Position numbers and translations under genes: made by a program
In this document: positions 17,161 through 25,076 of the stretch, piece after piece
How positions within the stretch are numbered: position 1 is the stretch's first letter
Layout of the letters: each line of letters starts with the position of its first letter
Notes under the pieces: generated by a model
Database searches by the model: none
What the model was told of the DNA's origin: nothing
Seen by the model: the letters and a program-made list of their open reading frames with translations, nothing else
Source of the DNA: a virus
Taxonomy: Duplodnaviria > Caudoviricetes
IMG/VR virus record: IMGVR_UViG_3300044711_000137
Location: 1-29,906 of that record
Length of the DNA: 29,906 nucleotides
Reading direction: 5' to 3' (one strand)

Positions 17161-18112
17161 ACGGCTCCTGCAGCACTCGTCGGCGCCGATTCTGGTCGGG
17201 CCGTGGCGCGGCGAAGTCGGCTTTGAAGTCCTCTACTGGATTCCCTTCGTCAAACGCCTCGCCAAACGCCTCCAGATCGACCCGCAACGGCTGATTCCCG
17301 TCACGCGCGGCGGCGCGGGGCAGTGGTACGGCGGTGCGCCAGGATTAGAACTCTACGATCTGCGCTCGCCGCAGGAGGTGCGGGTCGAAAACCGCGTCCA
17401 GCACGCGAAATCCGCGATGCTGAAACAAATCTGCTGGACGGCGTTCGATCACGCCGTGATCCGCGACGCCGCGACACGCCTCAATCTCCGGCGCTACCTC
17501 GTCCTGCATCCGGCGTGGATGTTTGCGCGCCTGACGCCCTTTTTTGCCTCCGCGATGGGCCTGACGCAGCTCGAAGAGGAGGCGCTGTTCGATCCGCTGC
17601 CCGCGCCGCCGCTCCCCGAGGGCCTCACGCTGCCGGAGCGGTTTGTGGCCGTGCGCTTCTATCTCCGTCACACCTATCCCGGCCTCCCGCAACTCGTGCA
17701 GTTCGCGCAGGAGACGATCCGCACCATCGCCAATCACACGCCGGTCGTGCTCCTGAACAGCGGCGTGCATGTCGACGAGCATCAGGACGTGCAGTTGCCG
17801 CCCACCGCCAACGTCTCGCGGCTCACGGACCTCTGCGCGGTGACCCCGGCGAACAATCTCGCGGTGCAGAGCGCGGTCCTGGGCAAGGCGCTCGGCTTTG
17901 TCGGCACCTACGGCGGATTGTCCCAGCTCGCGTTGCGGCTCGGGAAGCCCTCGGTGAGTTACTACCACGAGTGGAGCGGCACCGCGATGGCGCACAAGCA
18001 TCTCGCCGACGCCATTGCGCTGCAAAGCCAGCTGCCGTGTCTGGTGCTCAAGGTGGGGGAGTTGCCGATGCTGCAAAGCGTGGCGCCGGTCGTCGAAGTC
18101 GTCGAAGCGTAG
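17132..18112 (+). CDS. hypothetical protein, candidate glycosyltransferase
   Basis: GPWRGEVGFEVLYWIP N-terminus; FVAVRFY and ALGFVGTYGGLSQLALRLGKPSV resemble the GT9-like C-terminal pattern; last gene of the sugar cassette. Confidence 0.5.
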   Translation: MRAQLWPLYKRLLQHSSAPILVGPWRGEVGFEVLYWIPFVKRLAKRLQIDPQRLIPVTRGGAGQWYGGAPGLELYDLRSPQEVRVENRVQHAKSAMLKQICWTAFDHAVIRDAATRLNLRRYLVLHPAWMFARLTPFFASAMGLTQLEEEALFDPLPAPPLPEGLTLPERFVAVRFYLRHTYPGLPQLVQFAQETIRTIANHTPVVLLNSGVHVDEHQDVQLPPTANVSRLTDLCAVTPANNLAVQSAVLGKALGFVGTYGGLSQLALRLGKPSVSYYHEWSGTAMAHKHLADAIALQSQLPCLVLKVGELPMLQSVAPVVEVVEA

Positions 18113-18121
18113 CGATTTGTG

Positions 18122-18150
18122 TTGACGTCCCCATGAATAGCGCGTAGCGT
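18122..18150 (+). promoter_or_regulatory. sigma70-type promoter of the capsid operon
   Basis: TTGACG-N17-TAGCGT at the start of the only large intergenic gap in the late region. Confidence 0.65.
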
Positions 18151-18154
18151 GAAG

Positions 18155-18410
18155 ACTCGCTGTTCTCTCTAAAGCACGCCTCGCCCGGCGTGCGGGCTCC
18201 TCGGGCGTTCTTGGCGACCGGGTCATCGGATGCTGACCGGTCGCCTCGTAGCGGACAGCCTCTGCCATCGCGGGTCGCCGCCGCGTAAAACACCGGGCGT
18301 CGCGGATGCGGATCGGCTTCGGGTCAGCGATTCCGCGTCGGCTTCTTTCCTGACCTCCCAACAGCACCAACGCTGCGTGACACGCCTTCGCGTGCGCGCT
18401 GGGAGTTTCC
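18155..18410 (+). ncRNA. candidate structured 5' leader RNA
   Basis: Stems 18213-18225/18234-18245, 18269-18273/18281-18285, 18182-18188/18293-18299 and 18301-18306/18332-18337. Confidence 0.45.
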
Positions 18411-18983
18411 ATGGCAGACCTCGTCCTCAGTTCCGGGGCCATCTGCCGCCCGTTCCGTTCCCCGTGGGGAGCGTTTCCAACGCGCGGCATGGCCCTCTCG
18501 TCGGGTATCAGTTCCAACGCGATTCTCCTCGGGCGCGTCGTCGCGCTCGATGTCAACACCGACTCCAACGCGGGCCAGATCCTGCCGTCCAGCCAGACGG
18601 CCGGCGTCGTCATGTCGACGGCGATTGTCGGCATCGCCGCCGAAGCGGCGCAAGGGCCGGGCTCCACCAACACCCGCGGCACGGTCATCTCGGTCTGGGA
18701 AGCCAATCCCCTGATCGAATTCCGCGCCAACACGCAGGGCGCGAATCTCGGCTCCTCGCAGGTCGGGAAGATGAAAGCCCTGGTGTGGGATTCCACCCTC
18801 ACCATCCACAAAGTCGACCTCTCCAACTCGACGCTCATCAACGTGCGCGTGGTCGTCACGCAACTCATCGACAACGAAGGAGACAGCGGCGGTGCCGTGG
18901 CCTTCCGATTCCTCGCTCAGACCCCGCCGGCTGGTGATAGCACCGTCAGCCGCGGCGTCTTGGCCTTCTATGGAAGGGGCTAG
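18411..18983 (+). CDS. putative capsid decoration/minor head protein
   Basis: GGGAG RBS; beta-rich; immediately upstream of the major capsid gene. Confidence 0.65.
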   Translation: MADLVLSSGAICRPFRSPWGAFPTRGMALSSGISSNAILLGRVVALDVNTDSNAGQILPSSQTAGVVMSTAIVGIAAEAAQGPGSTNTRGTVISVWEANPLIEFRANTQGANLGSSQVGKMKALVWDSTLTIHKVDLSNSTLINVRVVVTQLIDNEGDSGGAVAFRFLAQTPPAGDSTVSRGVLAFYGRG

Positions 18984-18986
18984 TCC

Positions 18987-19907
18987 ATGGCTCAAGTCCG
19001 CGGCACCAACCCCGACCTCTACGACAATGTCGACAAGACGTTCTACGGGATCATGAAAGGGCAGCTCAAAGAACTGCCGAAGATCTACCCGAACGTCTAC
19101 AACATCAAAAGCTCGGACCGCAAGTTCGAGCGCGTCGTCACCTACGTCCCGTTCGGCGACACGGTGTCCAAGCCCGAGGGCGAACCCTTCGTGATGGACA
19201 CCCTGCGGCAGGGCAACACGAAAGACTTCACCCACACCGAAAACGGGTTGGGCTTCGAAGTCACGCAGACGGCGCTCGAAGACGACGCGGAAGGCTTGCT
19301 CAATCGCGCCGGCGAATGGCTCGCGTTTTCCGCCCGCTACGTCGAGGAAGGCCGCGCGGCGAATCCGTTCAACAACGGCTTCTCGACGGAAACCACCCCC
19401 GACGGCGTGTCGCTCTTCAACACGGCGCATCTGCTCAAAGGCGGCGGCACGGCGAAGAACCGGCCCTCGACCGACGCGGACCTGTCGGCGACCTCGTTGA
19501 CGCAGGCGCTCATCGACCTGCAGACCGACCAGAAGGATGAAGCGGGCCATCTGGCCTCGCCGATTCACGACTGGATTCTCTACATTCCGCCGCAGTTGGA
19601 ATTCCTGGCGGACCGCTTGATCAACTCGGTGGGCTTGCCCTCGAGCGCGGACAACGACCGCAACCCGATCAAGGCGCGGCGGCAGTGGACGATTGTCGTC
19701 AATCCGCGCCTGACCGATGCGGACGCCTGGTTCCTCGTCGCGGGGAGCAAGTCGCAGCATGGGCTGACGTTCTATCGGCGCGTGCCGATCAGCATGGAGC
19801 CGATGATGATCGATGCGCGCACCAACAACCGCATCTTCAAATGTCGGCATCGCTTCTCAGTCGGCGCCTGGACCTGGGTCGGAAGTTACGGGACTCAGGG
19901 GGCCTGA
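18987..19907 (+). CDS. major capsid protein (HK97 fold, Mu gpT-like family)
   Basis: SSDRKFE, KPEGE, EDD, DGVSLFNTAH, LYIPPQLEF-A-RL and NPRLTDADAWFL, ending YGTQGA. Confidence 0.88.
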   Translation: MAQVRGTNPDLYDNVDKTFYGIMKGQLKELPKIYPNVYNIKSSDRKFERVVTYVPFGDTVSKPEGEPFVMDTLRQGNTKDFTHTENGLGFEVTQTALEDDAEGLLNRAGEWLAFSARYVEEGRAANPFNNGFSTETTPDGVSLFNTAHLLKGGGTAKNRPSTDADLSATSLTQALIDLQTDQKDEAGHLASPIHDWILYIPPQLEFLADRLINSVGLPSSADNDRNPIKARRQWTIVVNPRLTDADAWFLVAGSKSQHGLTFYRRVPISMEPMMIDARTNNRIFKCRHRFSVGAWTWVGSYGTQGA

Positions 19908-20049
19908 TCGACCGCGCAACAGACGCGTGCAGTAGCAGTTGCAGCAAGTGGATGTGGTTTTGACTGCGTAAACGGATCGGCGGTGCCTGGAGCAGTCCCA
20001 GGTGCGTCCCTCACAACGTGCCGCCGATCCCTCTCGTGAGGAACAGCCC

Positions 20050-20532
20050 ATGGGTATTACCCGCTTCAACGGCCCGCTCTACGGGGCGAAGGCCAATCTT
20101 TTCTCCTTCGGCCCGACCCGCGGCGACGCCAACGCCTCGACCACCCTCCTCGGCTCGATCGTCGTCCCGCCCTACGAAACCTGGTACATCACGGAATTCT
20201 TCGCGGCCAACGCGGGCGCGTCGTCCAACTCCTCGACGCCCAAGATCGTGCTGAAAGTCAAAGGCACCTCGACCAGCGTGTCGTATCCCGGCCCTGGCCC
20301 CGACCCGGCGTTTCCGACCGGCAATCCCGGCACTGTCGCGACCATCACCGGTCCGACCTCGACGGCGGGGTTCAATCAGGTGACCACGCCGACGGCGAGT
20401 GCCGGCGAATCCGAAGGCTATGCGGTGCCCGCGAACTCCACGATCCGCGTGGTGAGTTCGGGGACGATCTTCGGCCTCCAGTGCCGCGTCAACGGCTTCA
20501 TCCGGTTCCTCGATTCCACCCGGAACATCTGA
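20050..20532 (+). CDS. putative virion structural protein
   Basis: GAGG RBS; MGITRFNGP start typical of post-capsid genes; S/T/G-rich. Confidence 0.7.
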   Translation: MGITRFNGPLYGAKANLFSFGPTRGDANASTTLLGSIVVPPYETWYITEFFAANAGASSNSSTPKIVLKVKGTSTSVSYPGPGPDPAFPTGNPGTVATITGPTSTAGFNQVTTPTASAGESEGYAVPANSTIRVVSSGTIFGLQCRVNGFIRFLDSTRNI

Positions 20533-20535
20533 GCC

Positions 20536-20904
20536 ATGGGGAATATCGCGTCACGCTTCAAATGGGTCTTTGGCACCGCCGAAGCGGCGAATTCGCCCGG
20601 CCGCGGCGTGGCGTCGAACGTCAAAGGCTCGACCGGCGCCGGGGTCGCCTTCAATACCCATGGCTGGGGCGAGTCGTTCAGCTTCGTCTGTGAAGCCGAC
20701 GCCGCCGCCACCTGCAGCTATCAGATCCGCTCGGCGCGGACGTCCTCGGGGCCGTGGGCGGTGCTCTCCAGCGGCACGCTGAGTACGTCCGGGTCGACGC
20801 TGGTGCAACTGTCGGGGCCGCTCTTCTGGCTCTCGCCGCGGTGCAAGACGCTCAATTCGACCGCGAATCAGTTCGTGATCGAAATGTCGGCGGTCGAATC
20901 CTGA
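20536..20904 (+). CDS. putative virion structural protein
   Basis: Beta-rich, S/T-rich, tightly packed in the operon. Confidence 0.65.
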   Translation: MGNIASRFKWVFGTAEAANSPGRGVASNVKGSTGAGVAFNTHGWGESFSFVCEADAAATCSYQIRSARTSSGPWAVLSSGTLSTSGSTLVQLSGPLFWLSPRCKTLNSTANQFVIEMSAVES

Positions 20905-20914
20905 GGCGCCGCTG

Positions 20915-21298
20915 ATGGGGGCCTTTGATAGTGGGCTGGGGAATCCGCCCATCAATAGCACGGGGTTTCTCCCGGTCGCCGCGCCGTCGACCTCCACCCT
21001 GCTCGCCGAACTCGACTCGACGCAACTGGGGACGAAAGACTTCCGCGCCGGCCAGAGCCGCTTGTATCGCGTGAACTGGATCCTCGGCGCCGATACCAAC
21101 GCGACGTGGCAGTGTGAATCGGCCACCGACACGAGTCTGGGGTCCGGCGTGGAGATCTTCTTTCCGAAAACGCCGTCAGGGCAATCGGCGCAGTATGTGA
21201 CCTCGCACAGCCTGAGCCGGGACATGCGCTTGCGCGCACGCTTGTTCTCCACCGCGGTGAATGCCGCGGCCTACATCTCCGCGGAGCCGGTGACCTAG
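20915..21298 (+). CDS. putative virion structural protein
   Basis: GAGG RBS; beta-rich, S/T-rich. Confidence 0.65.
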   Translation: MGAFDSGLGNPPINSTGFLPVAAPSTSTLLAELDSTQLGTKDFRAGQSRLYRVNWILGADTNATWQCESATDTSLGSGVEIFFPKTPSGQSAQYVTSHSLSRDMRLRARLFSTAVNAAAYISAEPVT

Positions 21299-21807
21299 TG
21301 CCCCTCATCGCCACGTTTCACACGGCCTATTGGGAGCATTCCGACACCGTTACCGTCGCCGTGGGGCGGATGATCGGCCACTATCCCGCGTGGCAGACGG
21401 CCGCCGTCACCTTGGGCACGCTCTTCGGCGGCGTGCTGCCCTTCTGGGAACGCTTCTGGGACCGCGTGGCGTGGTGGTGGAAAGCCCAGCCTCGCTGCGC
21501 GCGGCTCGACCGCGAACAACGGCAGGTGCTGCTCAAGACGCTCGATGCCCTGGAACATCCCGCGTATCCGCTCGCACGCTTGTCGGTGAGGAAAACCGCG
21601 ACGACCTTGGGCTTCAACCGGCCGGAAGCGTGGAAAGAACTCTCGCGTGAGCTGAAAGGCTCGGCGTGTCATGCCGAGAATGCGTTCCGGCATCTGGAAG
21701 CCTGCCGCTTGGTGCGCGCGAATCTCGTCAGCAGCACGCTGACCAATCCCGAATGCAATCTCCTCGTCGAACTCGCCTATCAAGGCTTCGCGGCGAGGTC
21801 GACGTAA
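21298..21807 (+). CDS. hypothetical Trp-rich protein
   Basis: Exactly fills the gap between neighbours; hydrophobic segment followed by FWERFWDRVAWWW. Confidence 0.6.
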   Translation: MPLIATFHTAYWEHSDTVTVAVGRMIGHYPAWQTAAVTLGTLFGGVLPFWERFWDRVAWWWKAQPRCARLDREQRQVLLKTLDALEHPAYPLARLSVRKTATTLGFNRPEAWKELSRELKGSACHAENAFRHLEACRLVRANLVSSTLTNPECNLLVELAYQGFAARST

Positions 21808-23196
21808 ATGGCGGCCTTCTCGCACATCAGCGGCGCCGAACCCTCGACGATCACGTTCAAAGCGGCCACGGTCACGCAGACGCGCAACAGCTCCGTCATG
21901 CATCAGGAGCTGATCTCGCTCGCCGATCCGGAGTCGTCGCTCGCGATTAGTGCGGTGCTGAATGCCGCGCCGGCGTCGACGACCTTCGGTCTCGCGGTAC
22001 GCCGCGTCGGCGACAAAGCGGAGACCAGCGCCTGGGCCGGCGGGTCGGTCGTGCCGATGGGCGCGCACGTGCAGAACAATCTGTCGATTGTCGGCGACGA
22101 AACCATCGTCATGCCGAAAGCGGACATCAACGGCGTCTTGTGGGTCACGTTGAACAACGCGGCCACCAACGTCGTGCGTGATGAAGCGACGCAGGTGGAC
22201 GATGCCGTCTTCGTGCCGGCGGGCAATCGCGTGATGATGGCCGGCGCGACCTTTGACGATACCGCGCCCGACAGTGTCGATGAAGGCGACGGCGGCGCGT
22301 TGCGCATGTCGTCCAATCGCGCGCTCTACACGATCCTGCGCGATGCGGCGGGCAACGAACGCGGCGCGAACGTCACCGCCGCGAAACAACTCTCCGTCTG
22401 GGCGCAGAACTCCAGCGCGGCCGATCTGCTCGTGCAGGCTTCGGGCAACTCGACCGTCTTCCAGGGCTCGTCCGCCTGGCAGGTCCAGGTCACCAATCAG
22501 GCGCGGGTGACGAATTCCTCGGCGGCGGATTTTGTCGTCACCGTGTCGGGCAACTCGACCGTCGCGCCGCTCGCCGGCTCGACCTGGAACACCCGCCCGA
22601 TTCAGTCCTCTGCCGCCGATCTGCAAATGACCGCGACGCCGCTCGCGGGGTCGACGTGGAATGTCCGCGCGTTGAACTCCAGTGCCGCCGATTTGCAAGC
22701 GACCGTCACGCCCGCCGCGGGGTCGACGTGGACCGTGCGCGCGCTCAATTCCAGTGCCGCCGACCTGCTCGCCACCGTCACCCTCGGCACGAACCTGCAA
22801 TCGACGCTGGCGCCCTCCAGCAACTCGTCGGGCCTCATCGTGCGGCAGGTCGTCGACAACATCCTCACGACCGCCAGCACCAATACCTTCACCTCGACGT
22901 CGTTTACGATTCAATCCTCCGGCGCCGCGCTGCGCAGTTACGTCACGGCCTATTCCATTACCACCACCAATGCCGGCCCGACGAAGGTGGCGTTTTACTC
23001 CAGCGCGGTCATGCTGTGGCCCGTCGTGCTGGCGGCGGTCTCGAGCGCCGTGTCGGGCGTCAATCTCGCGGTGAGCGCCCCCGGGTATCTCTTTCGCACC
23101 ATCGGCGCGGCCGATGCCTTGACGCTCAACATTCACGGCGGCGGTGCCACGGCGGCCGGGTGGCACGTCGGCGTCTCGTATTTCCGGGCCCCCTAG
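21808..23196 (+). CDS. fibre-like virion protein with internal repeats
   Basis: A/S/T/V-rich; five (N/Q)SSAAD repeats. Confidence 0.75.
   Translation: MAAFSHISGAEPSTITFKAATVTQTRNSSVMHQELISLADPESSLAISAVLNAAPASTTFGLAVRRVGDKAETSAWAGGSVVPMGAHVQNNLSIVGDETIVMPKADINGVLWVTLNNAATNVVRDEATQVDDAVFVPAGNRVMMAGATFDDTAPDSVDEGDGGALRMSSNRALYTILRDAAGNERGANVTAAKQLSVWAQNSSAADLLVQASGNSTVFQGSSAWQVQVTNQARVTNSSAADFVVTVSGNSTVAPLAGSTWNTRPIQSSAADLQMTATPLAGSTWNVRALNSSAADLQATVTPAAGSTWTVRALNSSAADLLATVTLGTNLQSTLAPSSNSSGLIVRQVVDNILTTASTNTFTSTSFTIQSSGAALRSYVTAYSITTTNAGPTKVAFYSSAVMLWPVVLAAVSSAVSGVNLAVSAPGYLFRTIGAADALTLNIHGGGATAAGWHVGVSYFRAP
22408..22779 (+). repeat. coding tandem repeats (two units 105 nt apart, then 3 x 72 nt)
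   Basis: NSSAAD..V..SGNSTV at 22408 and 22513; xP(L/A)AGSTWxxRxx(N/Q)SSAADL at 22564, 22636 and 22708. Confidence 0.85.
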
Positions 23197-23198
23197 CG

Positions 23199-23588
23199 AT
23201 GGCGAACCTCGTCGTGACTCCGGCGCTCCGCTCGACCACTGCGCTCCGCTTTCCGGCGGCGGGCCTCACGATTCCCGCCAACGCGAACAGCGCGTCGATT
23301 GCCTTCACGATGCCCGTCGATGCGGAACGCGCGTCCACGGCGGCCCGGCTGGACTTCGGCATCGACGTGTCGACCGACGGCGGCGCGACGTGGAAACCGT
23401 ACTTGCAAGCCAGTTGGACCGGCGGCTCCGGGGGCACCGGGAAAAACAGTACGGTCCTGAATCCCCCGCCGGGCGCCACGGTGGGCGGCGACTTCTTCGC
23501 GGCGTTTGCGGGGCAGAAAGCCAGTGTGAGTGTGAAGCTCGCGACCCCGATGACCTTGGGCGGCACGATCAGTTCGACGCGGATCTAA
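23199..23588 (+). CDS. putative virion structural protein
   Basis: ATG 23199; contains the Asp-box STDGGATW. Confidence 0.7.
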   Translation: MANLVVTPALRSTTALRFPAAGLTIPANANSASIAFTMPVDAERASTAARLDFGIDVSTDGGATWKPYLQASWTGGSGGTGKNSTVLNPPPGATVGGDFFAAFAGQKASVSVKLATPMTLGGTISSTRI

Positions 23589-23591
23589 GCC

Positions 23592-24299
23592 ATGGCGACC
23601 AACCTCAACCAGTTCATCTCCGGCACGGTGCTCAACGCGAGCTCGCTGAACGTGCTGTTTTCGTCGGCGGTGAGCTCGGGCAGTTTGATCGTCGTGCATG
23701 TCGGGCAGTTCAACGGGGCCGCGCGGACGTTCTCCGACATTGTCGACAACGTCAACGCGAACGCCTACACCGTGGGCTGTAACTCGACGATGACGAGCGA
23801 CACGGCGGCGCACGCCTTCATTGCCTACAAGGCGGGGATTTCCTCGGGCGGCGCGGCGAGTACCTATCGCGTCAGCGTGAATCTGGGCGGCTCGGGCAAC
23901 GGCGGGCTCAGTGCGGGGGCGTTCGAGTATACCGGGGGGCCGTGGACCGTCGGCTCCACCAAGAGCGCGAATGGCACGTCCTCGTCGCCCGCCCCGGGCG
24001 CCACGACGGCGTCGTCGACCCCCGTGCTCTTCGTGATGAGCGCGATTCAGAACTCCACGGCGACGTTCAATTCCACGATCAATACCGGGGCATGGCGCGT
24101 GACGATCGACCCGACCAATGCCAACCAGGTGATCGCCATTGCGGACAGTACGAATTCGTCGCTGACCCAGAATCCGACGTTCGGGCTGAGTGCCTCGACG
24201 CGCTGGCTGGCGAACTCGATGATCTTCATGGGCCTCGGCAGTGGCGGCGCGGCGGCGCGCCCGTTTGTCGACGGCTTCTCGCTGACGGGAGTCGTGTAG
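23592..24299 (+). CDS. putative virion structural protein (beta-sandwich)
   Basis: S/T/G/N-rich beta-strand pattern. Confidence 0.7.
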   Translation: MATNLNQFISGTVLNASSLNVLFSSAVSSGSLIVVHVGQFNGAARTFSDIVDNVNANAYTVGCNSTMTSDTAAHAFIAYKAGISSGGAASTYRVSVNLGGSGNGGLSAGAFEYTGGPWTVGSTKSANGTSSSPAPGATTASSTPVLFVMSAIQNSTATFNSTINTGAWRVTIDPTNANQVIAIADSTNSSLTQNPTFGLSASTRWLANSMIFMGLGSGGAAARPFVDGFSLTGVV

Positions 24300-25075
24300 T
24301 GCAGTTCAGCTCGCTCTACACCGCGCGCCTCGACGAAGAACTCGGCACCGACGATGCCGCGATCCTCTTCACCACGGCGCGGCGCAAAGCGGCGGTCAAC
24401 ATGGGCGTGCGGGAATTCGCCGAACAGACCGAATGCTTCCTGCGCGAATCGACGGTGACGCTCACCGGCGGGACGGCCGAGTACGACCTGAACTCGTCGC
24501 TGGTGATCCCCGGCGAAGACTTCGTCCGCCTTGCCGTGCAGCAGGTGGAATTCCGCTACATCGACGCCTCGTCGAACGTGACGGTCCTGACCGGCGACGA
24601 CTTGCCCCGGCGGGACATCGACTGGCTGAATCGCTATCAAGCGGGCTGGCAGACCTCCACCGTCGCGTCGAGCGTGGCCCAGATGCCGGAGTTCTACTAC
24701 GAACGGTTCGCGGCGGGCGGGCGGTTTCTCGGCTTCACGCCGACCCCGTCCACCGGGTCGAGCGCGAGTGCGACCGCGATTGTGCCCTATGTGGCGCGGC
24801 CCCCGGTCTTGACCTCCGACACGAGCGAACCGTATCAGGTGGGCGCGCTGGTGCGGCGCGATCTGCGCGACTACCACCAGGCGGCGGTGCATTACGCGGC
24901 GCACCAACTCGAAAAACTGCGGCGCGACGACCAGGCAAGCGACCGGCAGTTGCAGAAGTTTCTCGGCTACGTGACGCGGTGGCTGCAGAGTCACCGGGTG
25001 AAGAACGGGACGGCGATCACGATGGCGCGCAACTACTTCAAGACGCAGTCGAAAGTGCAGGACCCGAGAACCTAG
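24299..25075 (+). CDS. putative head-tail adaptor
   Basis: TAGTG overlap; helical N-terminus (AAVNMGVREF), GTAEYDL, PEFYY, FTPTP and YHQAAVHYAA. Confidence 0.7.
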   Translation: MQFSSLYTARLDEELGTDDAAILFTTARRKAAVNMGVREFAEQTECFLRESTVTLTGGTAEYDLNSSLVIPGEDFVRLAVQQVEFRYIDASSNVTVLTGDDLPRRDIDWLNRYQAGWQTSTVASSVAQMPEFYYERFAAGGRFLGFTPTPSTGSSASATAIVPYVARPPVLTSDTSEPYQVGALVRRDLRDYHQAAVHYAAHQLEKLRRDDQASDRQLQKFLGYVTRWLQSHRVKNGTAITMARNYFKTQSKVQDPRT

Positions 25076-25076
25076 A

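Noticed and set aside
13225-18112. Host capsule/LPS island or chimeric assembly
   Set aside because: Genes overlap the flanking phage gene and each other, and there are no export, flippase or polymerase genes or mobile-element borders.
18269-18300. preQ1-I riboswitch
   Set aside because: Only the stem/A-rich-tail topology is similar; the conserved loop nucleotides are absent and the downstream genes are structural.
18230-18937. 235-aa ORF across the capsid leader
   Set aside because: Low-complexity alternative frame overlapping the well-supported 18411 gene.
19908-20045. Rho-independent terminator after the capsid gene
   Set aside because: Only weak GCAGT/ACTGC pairing and no U-tract after a stem.
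22408-22779. Possible CRISPR array or DGR template repeat
   Set aside because: The repeats are in-frame, degenerate and lack unique spacers; no cas or reverse transcriptase gene is present.
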